10,207 nt of DNA from a virus. Its lineage: Duplodnaviria > Heunggongvirae > Uroviricota > Caudoviricetes. Below are positions 1 to 7,110 of the stretch, one piece after another. Both the position numbers and the translations under genes were made by a program. Position 1 is the first letter of the stretch. Every line of letters begins with the position of its first letter. The DNA is taken from IMG/VR virus record IMGVR_UViG_2558860472_000007; one strand, given 5' to 3'. The notes below the pieces were generated by a model. It was not told the DNA's origin and searched no databases. It was given only the letters and a program-made list of their open reading frames with translations.

Positions 1-198
1 CAGCAACTGATTAATCAGGCCAACGATTATATGAACAGTAAACAATGGCCTGGTAAAGCGGCTATTGGTCGTCTGAAAGGTGAGGAACTGGCGCAATATA
101 ATCTGTGGCTGGATTATCTGGACGCACTGGAGCTGGTCGATACTTCCAGTGCGCCAGATATTGAATGGCCTACGCCTCCGGCAGTTCAGGCCAGATGA
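1..198 (+). CDS. Tail fibre assembly chaperone (P2 gpG / Mu U-like), 3' end only; gene starts upstream of the window
   Basis: Frame 1 reads open from position 1 to TGA at 196..198: ...QQLINQANDYMNSKQWPGKAAIGRLKGEELAQYNLWLDYLDALELVDTSSAPDIEWPTPPAVQAR. The C-terminal motif (LDYxDAL...D.S.AP.I.WP) matches that of the complete chaperone-like ORF at 170..772 on the other strand. Absent from the ORF track only because there is no in-window start codon. Confidence 0.75.
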   Translation, partial: QQLINQANDYMNSKQWPGKAAIGRLKGEELAQYNLWLDYLDALELVDTSSAPDIEWPTPPAVQAR

Positions 199-772
199 CA
201 TCCGGCGCGGTGCTGGTATCTGTTGCCGTCACCGCGTCAATGTAATCCAGCACAGCGTTAAGCCGGGTTGTTTCTGCCTGCGTCAGTTTACGTCCGGCCT
301 GCAATTTCAGTTGAATCAGACTGATGGAAGCCATTGCAGTATCAATCAGCGACTGGCGCTGTGCTTCTGCTGCATCTACTGCGGCGCTATGCTGTGCCTC
401 AGTATCGGTCACCCATTTCTCACCATCCCATTTATCGTATGGCGTTAATGGGGCGATAGTGGTTGTATTTTCAGGGTAATCACCCGGAGCGGTGATTTCT
501 TTTGATTCTCCTGTTTTGGTGCTATAGACCGTTTCACCGCGATGGTCTGGCACATACTCCCATGAGTTTAAATCTGCTGAACGGCAGATTGCATAACCAG
601 CTTTATGTATACCTGGTGCATCTAAACAAGAACATGCCGGGATACCGACGCCAACAGCAAGATATTCAGTTGATGTGGAAAGATATTCCCGCGTCTTGCT
701 GTCGTAGTTAAACACGGTCACATCACCCGCTACCGTGGCAATCAGTTCGCTGTTTAATTTTGCCTGTGCCAT
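170..772 (-). CDS. Alternative tail fibre assembly chaperone (inverted copy, Mu U'-like)
   Basis: 200-aa ORF ending ...RLNAVLDYIDAVTATDTSTAPDVIWPELPEA, paralogous at the C-terminus to the + strand partial gene at 1..198. Its ATG overlaps the stop of the upstream fibre-tip cassette (TAATG on the - strand at 770..774), suggesting translational coupling. Orientation opposite to the rest of the tail operon. Confidence 0.8.
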   Translation of the reverse strand: MAQAKLNSELIATVAGDVTVFNYDSKTREYLSTSTEYLAVGVGIPACSCLDAPGIHKAGYAICRSADLNSWEYVPDHRGETVYSTKTGESKEITAPGDYPENTTTIAPLTPYDKWDGEKWVTDTEAQHSAAVDAAEAQRQSLIDTAMASISLIQLKLQAGRKLTQAETTRLNAVLDYIDAVTATDTSTAPDVIWPELPEA

Positions 773-1290
773 TATGCAGCCCTCACAATGAAGTTAAATG
801 CGACGTTGCGCGGCCGGTTTTCAGTGGCAACAGGAACGATTTTAGATGCATCAAAGCTAAAGTTTACAGTCCCATTACCTGTCCCTGAAGGTGCAAGAGT
901 TAATCCTAAAGTTTGTGACACATTCTCAACAGTGACGCCAAATGCACCATCACAATAGATACTTGGGTACAATTGAGTATTACCAAACTTGCCAATTATA
1001 TTTCTGATGGCATCGCCCTGCGATGATAAGATTGCACGCCCAACATCAACCCCGCGCCCGTCATCCCAGCCGCGAATAAATTCACCGCGTAAATCAGGCA
1101 ATTTATTTGTCGGGTAAGCCTTTGCCAGTTCCGGGTATTCTTCAGCAGAAAAAGCCGCACCATTGCATTTCAGCCAGCCTGTTGGCGGAGTGGCTGAAGG
1201 CCACGGAACAGGCACACCAACAGGCAATGCAGAGCCTTCTCCCAAACCAACGTTTATGAAAATGCAGAGATAACGGCTAACTGGCATCAT
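772..1290 (-). CDS. Alternative tail-fibre C-terminal (receptor-binding tip) cassette, probably silent in this orientation; the functional unit likely runs from the crossover site (about 1236) to the stop at 772
   Basis: 172-aa ORF with a tail-fibre tip / tail-collar-like motif (PWPSATPPTGWLKCNGAAFSAEEYPELAKAYP...). The recombination site at 1237..1262 lies inside its 5' end (encoding IFINVGLGEG). The ATG at 1290 is probably fortuitous: in Mu G / P1 C-type systems the variable cassette is expressed only when fused to the constant fibre N-terminus by inversion. Confidence 0.7.
   Translation of the reverse strand: MMPVSRYLCIFINVGLGEGSALPVGVPVPWPSATPPTGWLKCNGAAFSAEEYPELAKAYPTNKLPDLRGEFIRGWDDGRGVDVGRAILSSQGDAIRNIIGKFGNTQLYPSIYCDGAFGVTVENVSQTLGLTLAPSGTGNGTVNFSFDASKIVPVATENRPRNVAFNFIVRAA
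1237..1262. other. DNA-invertase crossover site (gix/pix/hix/cix-type, 26 bp)
   Basis: TTCTCCCAAACCAACGTTTATGAAAA fits the Gin-family consensus TTNTCNNAAACCNNGGTTTNNGANAA (recalled from memory) with one mismatch (C for G at the first base of the right half-site). It sits 55 bp upstream of the invertase ATG and at the 5' boundary of the inverted fibre cassette. Confidence 0.65.
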
Positions 1291-1317
1291 CTCCGGTTTT
1301 TATTCAGGGGATCCATC

Positions 1318-1911
1318 ATGCTTATTGGCTATGTCCGCGTATCAACAAATGACCAGAACACGGAATTGCAGCGTAACGCGCTGGAGTGCGCAGGATGTGA
1401 GCTGATTTTTGAGGACAAAATCAGCGGCACGAAGTCCGACAGGCCGGGACTGAAAAAACTGCTCAGGACATTATCGGAGGGGGATACACTGGTAGTCTGG
1501 AAGCTGGACCGGCTGGGGCGTAGTATGCGGCATCTGGTCATTCTGGTTGAGGAGCTGCGCGAACGCGGCGTTAATTTTCGCAGCCTGACGGATGCTATTG
1601 ATACCAGCACGCCGATGGGGCGTTTTTTCTTTCATGTGATGGGTGCCCTGGCCGAAATGGAACGAGAACTCATTGTCGAGCGGACACGCGCCGGACTGGA
1701 AGCGGCCAGAGCCAAAGGTCGTATTGGTGGCAGACGTCCGAAACTCACCGCGAGTGAGTGGGAGCAGGCCGGGCGGTTGTTGGCTGCAGGGGAATCACGT
1801 CAACGCGTGGCACTGATTTTTGATATTGGCCAGTCCACGCTCTATAAAAAATTCCCCGCCTCCGTGACAAAAAATAAATTGTGTCATCCCTTAGCCAACC
1901 GGGACAAATAG
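1318..1911 (+). CDS. Serine-recombinase DNA invertase (Gin/Pin/Hin/Cin family)
   Basis: 197-aa ORF MLIGYVRVSTNDQNTELQRNALECAGCELIFEDK...GDTLVVWKLDRLGRSMRHL...FRSLTD.IDTS.PMGRFFFHVMGALAEMERELI.ERT..GL..A...GRIGGR.PKLT. Serine-recombinase catalytic motifs (YVRVST, VWKLDRLGRS) plus a C-terminal helix-turn-helix region, with near-identity at the N-terminus to Gin/Pin as I recall them. GGAG-type RBS upstream. Confidence 0.95.
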   Translation: MLIGYVRVSTNDQNTELQRNALECAGCELIFEDKISGTKSDRPGLKKLLRTLSEGDTLVVWKLDRLGRSMRHLVILVEELRERGVNFRSLTDAIDTSTPMGRFFFHVMGALAEMERELIVERTRAGLEAARAKGRIGGRRPKLTASEWEQAGRLLAAGESRQRVALIFDIGQSTLYKKFPASVTKNKLCHPLANRDK

Positions 1912-1970
1912 CCTGACATCTCCGGCACAACTGAAAATATCACTCACCCATTAACCACGGAGTTAAACGG

Positions 1971-3161
1971 ATGAGTGACTATCATCACGGCGTGCAGGTG
2001 CTGGAGATTAACGACGGCACCCGCGTCATTTCCACCGTATCCACCGCCATTGTCGGCATGGTCTGCACGGCCAGCGATGCGGATGCGGAAACCTTCCCCC
2101 TCAATAAACCGGTGCTGATTACCAATGTGCAGAGCGCAATTGCAAAGGCCGGTAAAAAAGGCACGCTGGCGGCATCGTTGCAGGCCATCGCCGACCAGTC
2201 AAAACCGGTCACCGTTGTCGTGCGTGTGGAAGACGGCACCGGCGACGACGAGGAAGCGAAACTCGCGCAGACCGTTTCCAATATCATCGGCACCACTGAC
2301 GAAAACGGTCAGTACACCGGACTGAAAGCCCTGCTGGCGGCGGAGTCGGTTACCGGTGTTAAACCGCGTATTCTCGGTGTGCCGGGACTGGACACCAAAG
2401 AGGTGGCGGTTGCACTGGCATCAGTCTGTCAGAAGCTGCGCGCTTTCGGGTATATCAGCGCATGGGGCTGTAAAACCATTTCCGAGGTGAAAGCCTACCG
2501 CCAGAATTTCAGCCAGCGTGAGCTGATGGTCATCTGGCCGGATTTCCTCGCATGGGATACGGTCACCAGTACCACCGCCACCGCGTATGCCACCGCCCGT
2601 GCGCTGGGTCTGCGTGCCAAAATCGACCAGGAGCAGGGCTGGCATAAAACGCTGTCCAACGTCGGGGTGAACGGTGTTACCGGCATCAGCGCATCTGTAT
2701 TCTGGGATTTGCAGGAGTCCGGCACCGATGCTGACCTGCTTAACGAGTCAGGCGTCACTACGCTGATTCGTCGCGACGGTTTCCGATTCTGGGGTAACCG
2801 TACCTGCTCTGATGACCCGCTGTTCCTCTTTGAAAACTACACCCGCACCGCACAGGTACTGGCCGACACGATGGCTGAGGCGCACATGTGGGCGGTGGAC
2901 AAGCCCATCACCGCAACGCTGATTCGTGACATCGTTGACGGCATCAATGCCAAATTCCGTGAGCTGAAAACAAACGGCTATATCGTGGATGCGGCCTGCT
3001 GGTTTAGCGAAGAATCCAACGATGCGGAAACCCTCAAGGCCGGAAAACTGTATATCGACTACGACTATACACCGGTGCCTCCTCTCGAAAACCTGACCCT
3101 GCGCCAGCGTATTACCGATAAATACCTGGCGAATCTGGTCACCTCGGTTAACAGCAATTAA
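1971..3161 (+). CDS. FI: Contractile tail sheath protein (P2 gpFI)
   Basis: 396-aa ORF MSDYHHGVQVLEINDGTRVISTV..., same length and recognisable sequence as P2 FI; GGAG RBS 8 nt upstream; first gene of the FI-FII-E-T-U-D block. Confidence 0.95.
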   Translation: MSDYHHGVQVLEINDGTRVISTVSTAIVGMVCTASDADAETFPLNKPVLITNVQSAIAKAGKKGTLAASLQAIADQSKPVTVVVRVEDGTGDDEEAKLAQTVSNIIGTTDENGQYTGLKALLAAESVTGVKPRILGVPGLDTKEVAVALASVCQKLRAFGYISAWGCKTISEVKAYRQNFSQRELMVIWPDFLAWDTVTSTTATAYATARALGLRAKIDQEQGWHKTLSNVGVNGVTGISASVFWDLQESGTDADLLNESGVTTLIRRDGFRFWGNRTCSDDPLFLFENYTRTAQVLADTMAEAHMWAVDKPITATLIRDIVDGINAKFRELKTNGYIVDAACWFSEESNDAETLKAGKLYIDYDYTPVPPLENLTLRQRITDKYLANLVTSVNSN

Positions 3162-3173
3162 GGAGCCTGACCG

Positions 3174-3692
3174 ATGGCAATGCCGCGCAAACTCAAGTTA
3201 ATGAACGTCTTTCTGAACGGCTACAGCTATCAGGGCGTCGCAAAGTCCGTCACGCTGCCAAAACTGACCCGTAAGCTCGAAAACTATCGCGGTGCGGGGA
3301 TGAACGGCAGCGCACCGGTAGACCTCGGCCTTGATGACGATGCGCTGTCAATGGATTGGTCGCTCGGGGGCTTCCCGGATTCGGTTATCTGGGAGCTTTA
3401 CGCCGCAACCGGTGTGGATGCCGTACCGATTCGTTTTGCAGGCTCTTACCAGCGTGACGATACCGGCGAAACGGTGGCCGTCGAGGTGGTCATGCGTGGA
3501 CGTCAGAAAGAAATCGACACCGGCGAGGGTAAACAGGGAGAAGACACTGAGTCGAAAATCTCCGTGGTCTGCACCTATTTCCGGCTGACGATGGACGGTA
3601 AGGAGCTGGTCGAAATTGACACCATCAACATGATTGAGAAGGTGAACGGCGTCGACCGGCTGGAGCAACACCGCCGCAATATCGGCCTGTGA
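3174..3692 (+). CDS. FII: Tail tube protein (P2 gpFII)
   Basis: 172-aa ORF immediately after FI with an AGGAG RBS; length and position match P2 FII. Confidence 0.93.
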   Translation: MAMPRKLKLMNVFLNGYSYQGVAKSVTLPKLTRKLENYRGAGMNGSAPVDLGLDDDALSMDWSLGGFPDSVIWELYAATGVDAVPIRFAGSYQRDDTGETVAVEVVMRGRQKEIDTGEGKQGEDTESKISVVCTYFRLTMDGKELVEIDTINMIEKVNGVDRLEQHRRNIGL

Positions 3693-3748
3693 TTTTCATC
3701 CGGTCAGCCTGGCTGGCCGGTTAACCCTGATTCAGAAGTGAGAAAACC

Positions 3749-4024
3749 ATGAACAAAGAAAATGTCATTACCCTGGACAATCCGGTCAAACGTGGTGAGC
3801 AGGTTATCGAACAGGTCACGCTGATGAAACCCAATGCCGGGACGCTACGCGGTGTCAGTCTGGCTGCGGTTGCAAACTCCGAAGTCGATGCACTGATTAA
3901 GGTGCTGCCGCGCATGACGGCACCGATGCTGACCGAGCAGGAAGTCGCCGCGCTGGAACTGCCTGACCTTGTGGCGCTGGCCGGTAAGGTGGTCGGTTTT
4001 TTGTCGCCGAACTCGGTGCAGTGA
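3749..4024 (+). CDS. E: Tail assembly chaperone gpE (zero-frame product)
   Basis: 91-aa ORF MNKENVITLDNPVKRGEQVIEQV... in the position between the tube and tape-measure genes where a tail assembly chaperone gene is typical; ends shortly after a T6G slippery run. Confidence 0.88.
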   Translation: MNKENVITLDNPVKRGEQVIEQVTLMKPNAGTLRGVSLAAVANSEVDALIKVLPRMTAPMLTEQEVAALELPDLVALAGKVVGFLSPNSVQ

Positions 4025-4176
4025 CGTTTCCGAAAAATCTCTCGGTCGATGACCTGATGGCGGATGTGGCAGTGATATTTCACTGGCCGCCATCAGAACT
4101 GTATCCCATGAGCCTGACCGAACTCATCACATGGCGCGAAAAGGCGCTCCGGCGAAGCGGAAACACGAATGAGTAA
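3749..4176 (+). CDS. E': gpE+E' fusion made by a programmed -1 ribosomal frameshift at T TTT TTG (3997..4003); about 142 aa
   Basis: The -1 frame is open for 57 further codons directly after the slippery heptamer (FFVAELGAVTFPKNLSVDDLMADVAVIFHWPPSELYPMSLTELITWREKALRRSGNTNE) and stops at 4174..4176, overlapping the T start at 4169. This is the conserved tail-chaperone frameshift arrangement (P2 E/E', lambda G/GT). 85 + 57 = 142 aa. Confidence 0.8.
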
Positions 4177-6616
4177 CAATGTAAAATTACAGGTATTGCT
4201 CAGGGCTGTTGACCAGGCATCCCGCCCGTTTAAATCCATCCGCACAGCGAGTAAGTCGCTGTCGGGGGATATCCGGGAAACACAAAAATCACTGCGCGAG
4301 CTGAACGGTCAGGCATCCCGTATTGAGGGATTTCGCAAGACCAGTGCACAGCTCGCCGTGACTGGTCATGCACTTGAAAAGGCACGGCAGGAGGCCGAAG
4401 CCCTTGCCACACAGTTTAAAAACACCGAACGTCCGACCCGTGCTCAGGCGAAAGTGCTGGAATCCGCAAAGCGTGCGGCGGAGGACTTACAGGCGAAATA
4501 TAACCGCCTGACGGATTCCGTTAAACGCCAGCAACGGGAACTGGCCGTTGTGGGAATTAATACCCGCAATCTTGCACATGATGAGCAGGGACTGAAAAAC
4601 CGTATCAGTGAAACCACCGCACAGCTTAACCGGCAGCGCGACGCGCTGGCGCGTATCAGTGCGCAACAGGCAAAACTTAACGCAGTCAAACAGCGTTATC
4701 AGGCCGGAAAGGAACTGGCCGGAAATATGGCCTCAGTAGGCGCTGCCGGTGTGGGGATTGCGGCGGCGGGAACGATGGCCGGAGTTAAGTTGCTGATGCC
4801 CGGTTATGAGTTTGCGCAGAAAAACTCAGAATTGCAGGCCGTGCTCGGAGTGGCAAAAGACTCCGCCGAAATGACCGCACTACGCAAACAGGCGCGCCAG
4901 CTCGGCGACAATACCGCCGCCTCGGCGGATGATGCGGCCGGTGCACAGATAATCATCGCGAAAGCGGGTGGGGATGTTGATGCCATTCAGGCGGCAACGC
5001 CGGTCACGCTGAATATGGCGCTGGCGAACCGCCGCACGATGGAAGAAAACGCCGCCCTGCTGATGGGGATGAAATCCGCCTTTCAGCTTTCAAACGATAA
5101 GGTCGCTCATATCGGGGATGTTCTCTCCATGACGATGAACAAAACCGCCGCCGATTTTGACGGCATGAGCGATGCGCTGACCTATGCCGCACCTGTGGCA
5201 AAAAATGCCGGTGTCAGCATTGAAGAAACCGCCGCAATGGTCGGGGCGCTGCATGATGCAAAAATCACAGGCTCAATGGCGGGGACGGGAAGCCGTGCCG
5301 TGTTAAGCCGCCTGCAGGCACCGACGGGAAAAGCATGGGATGCACTCAAAGAGCTTGGCGTGAAAACCTCAGACAGCAAGGGAAACACCCGGCCAATATT
5401 TACCATTCTGAAAGAAATGCAGGCCAGTTTTGAGAAAAACCGGCTCGGTACTGCCCAGCAGGCTGAATACATGAAAACTATTTTCGGGGAGGAGGCCAGC
5501 TCAGCCGCCGCCGTGCTGATGACTGCCGCCTCAACCGGAAAGCTGGACAAACTGACCGCTGCGTTTAAAGCCTCAGACGGGAAGACTGCCGAGCTGGTAA
5601 ATATCATGCAGGACAACCTCGGCGGTGACTTTAAGGAGTTTCAGTCCGCTTATGAGGCGGTGGGGACAGACCTGTTTGACCAGCAGGAAGGCGCACTGCG
5701 TAAGCTCACGCAGACGGCCACAAAGTATGTGTTAAAACTCGACGGCTGGATCCAGAAAAACAAATCACTGGCGTCAACCATCGGCCTCATTGTCGGTGGC
5801 GCGCTGGCGCTTATTGGCATCATCGGTGCCATTGGTCTTGTAGCCTGGCCGGTTATCACTGGCATCAATGCCATCATCGCGGCAGCAGGCGCAATGGGGG
5901 CAGTCTTCACGACGGTTGGCAGTGCTGTTATGACCGCCATCGGGGCGATTAGCTGGCCGGTTGTGGCCGTGGTGGCCGCCATTGTCGCCGGGGCGTTGCT
6001 TATCCGTAAATACTGGGAGCCTGTCAGCGCATTCTTTGGCGGTGTGGTGGAAGGGCTGAAAGCGGCATTTGCGCCGGTGGGGGAACTGTTCACGCCACTT
6101 AAGCCGGTGTTCGACTGGCTGGGCGAAAAGTTACAGGCCGCGTGGCAGTGGTTTAAAAACCTGATTGCCCCGGTCAAAGCCACTCAGGACACCCTGAACA
6201 GTTGCCGTGACACGGGGGTCATGTTTGGGCAGGCACTGGCTGACGCGCTGATGCTGCCGCTTAATGCGTTCAACAAACTGCGCAGCGGTATTGACTGGGT
6301 ACTGGAAAAACTCGGTGTTATCAACAAAGAGTCAGACACACTTGACCAGACCGCCGCCAGAACTCAAGCCGCCACGTATGGCAGCGGTGGTTATATTCCG
6401 GCGACCAGCTCTTATGCAGGCTATCAGGCTTATCAGCCGGTCACGGCACCGGCTGGCCGCTCTTATGTAGACCAGAGTAAAAACGAATATCACATCAGCC
6501 TGACGGGTGGTACTGCGCCGGGGACACAGCTTGACCGCCAGTTACAGGATGCGCTCGAAAAATACGAGCGGGATAAACGTGCGCGCGCCCGTGCCAGCAT
6601 GATGCATGACGGTTAA
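4169..6616 (+). CDS. T: Tail tape measure protein (P2 gpT)
   Basis: 815-aa ORF with a coiled-coil-like N-terminal region, a long hydrophobic Gly/Ala/Ile-rich central block and a C-terminal region; size and position match P2 T. Confidence 0.95.
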   Translation: MSNNVKLQVLLRAVDQASRPFKSIRTASKSLSGDIRETQKSLRELNGQASRIEGFRKTSAQLAVTGHALEKARQEAEALATQFKNTERPTRAQAKVLESAKRAAEDLQAKYNRLTDSVKRQQRELAVVGINTRNLAHDEQGLKNRISETTAQLNRQRDALARISAQQAKLNAVKQRYQAGKELAGNMASVGAAGVGIAAAGTMAGVKLLMPGYEFAQKNSELQAVLGVAKDSAEMTALRKQARQLGDNTAASADDAAGAQIIIAKAGGDVDAIQAATPVTLNMALANRRTMEENAALLMGMKSAFQLSNDKVAHIGDVLSMTMNKTAADFDGMSDALTYAAPVAKNAGVSIEETAAMVGALHDAKITGSMAGTGSRAVLSRLQAPTGKAWDALKELGVKTSDSKGNTRPIFTILKEMQASFEKNRLGTAQQAEYMKTIFGEEASSAAAVLMTAASTGKLDKLTAAFKASDGKTAELVNIMQDNLGGDFKEFQSAYEAVGTDLFDQQEGALRKLTQTATKYVLKLDGWIQKNKSLASTIGLIVGGALALIGIIGAIGLVAWPVITGINAIIAAAGAMGAVFTTVGSAVMTAIGAISWPVVAVVAAIVAGALLIRKYWEPVSAFFGGVVEGLKAAFAPVGELFTPLKPVFDWLGEKLQAAWQWFKNLIAPVKATQDTLNSCRDTGVMFGQALADALMLPLNAFNKLRSGIDWVLEKLGVINKESDTLDQTAARTQAATYGSGGYIPATSSYAGYQAYQPVTAPAGRSYVDQSKNEYHISLTGGTAPGTQLDRQLQDALEKYERDKRARARASMMHDG

Positions 6617-6630
6617 GGAGGTGACGAAAA

Positions 6631-7110
6631 ATGATGCTCGCGTTAGGTATGTTTGTTTTTATGCGCCAGACGCTGCCACACCAGACCATGCAGCGTGAAT
6701 CAGATTATCGCTGGCCGTCAAATTCCCGTATCGGTAAACGGGATGCCTACCAGTTTCTCGGTGTGGGTGAGGAAAACATGACGCTTGCCGGTGTGCTTTA
6801 TCCTGAACTGACCGGCGGAAAGCTGACGGTGACCACGCTCAGACTGATGGCAGAGGAAGGCCGGGCGTGGCCGTTGCTGGATGGCACCGGCATGATTTAC
6901 GGCATGTATGTCATCAGCAGGGTGAGTGAAACAGGGAGTATTTTCTTTGCAGACGGCACACCCCGGAAAATTGATTTTACGCTGTCGCTCACCCGCGTTG
7001 ATGAATCACTGGCCGCGCTTTATGGCGATATCGGTAAACAGGCGGAATCGCTCATCGGTAAGGCTGGCAGTATGGCGACCAGATTCACGGGTATGACGGG
7101 GGCGGGATAA
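6631..7110 (+). CDS. U: Tail protein gpU
   Basis: 159-aa ORF with an AGGAGG RBS 9 nt upstream; length and position match P2 U. Its stop overlaps the D start (TAATG). Confidence 0.9.
   Translation: MMLALGMFVFMRQTLPHQTMQRESDYRWPSNSRIGKRDAYQFLGVGEENMTLAGVLYPELTGGKLTVTTLRLMAEEGRAWPLLDGTGMIYGMYVISRVSETGSIFFADGTPRKIDFTLSLTRVDESLAALYGDIGKQAESLIGKAGSMATRFTGMTGAG

Noticed and set aside
80-711. ORFs 80..448 (+, 122 aa) and 502..711 (+, 69 aa)
   Set aside because: Both lie antisense to, or out of frame with, the well-supported chaperone gene at 170..772 (-) and the partial + strand gene at 1..198. No RBS, and the translations are low-complexity with no recognisable features.
1318-1911. Possibility that the invertase marks a separate e14-like element rather than part of the P2-like prophage
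   Set aside because: The invertase is flanked directly by tail-fibre cassettes on one side and the FI tail operon on the other with no intervening att-like sequences, so it is most simply cargo within the prophage tail-fibre region.
1329-1930. Minus-strand ORFs 1329..1610 and 1745..1930
   Set aside because: Entirely antisense to the invertase gene, whose translation has unmistakable serine-recombinase motifs.
1800-1970. Canonical TGT-N12-ACA Ogr-type late promoter element upstream of FI
   Set aside because: I searched 1800..1970 and found no exact TGT-N12-ACA; only the variant dyad TGACA-N12-TGTCA reported in findings. No canonical late promoter is annotated.
1985-3671. Alternate-frame and antisense ORFs inside FI and FII (for example 1985..2296 -, 2125..2325 +, 2421..2758 -, 3331..3588 +, 3348..3671 -)
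   Set aside because: Embedded in the sheath and tube genes; Arg/Ser/Pro/Thr-rich translations typical of off-frame reading of GC-rich coding DNA.
3721-4093. Minus-strand ORFs 3721..4083 and 3845..4093 opposite E/E'
   Set aside because: Antisense to the chaperone gene and its frameshift extension, which are supported by the slippery site and exact length match.
4230-6689. Eight alternate-frame or antisense ORFs of 60 to 177 aa within and just past the tape measure gene, the longest at 5182..5616 (-) and 5650..6183 (-)
   Set aside because: The tape measure gene is Ala/Gly-rich and GC-rich, which keeps other frames open by chance; the translations are low-complexity and none has an RBS or a gap to sit in.
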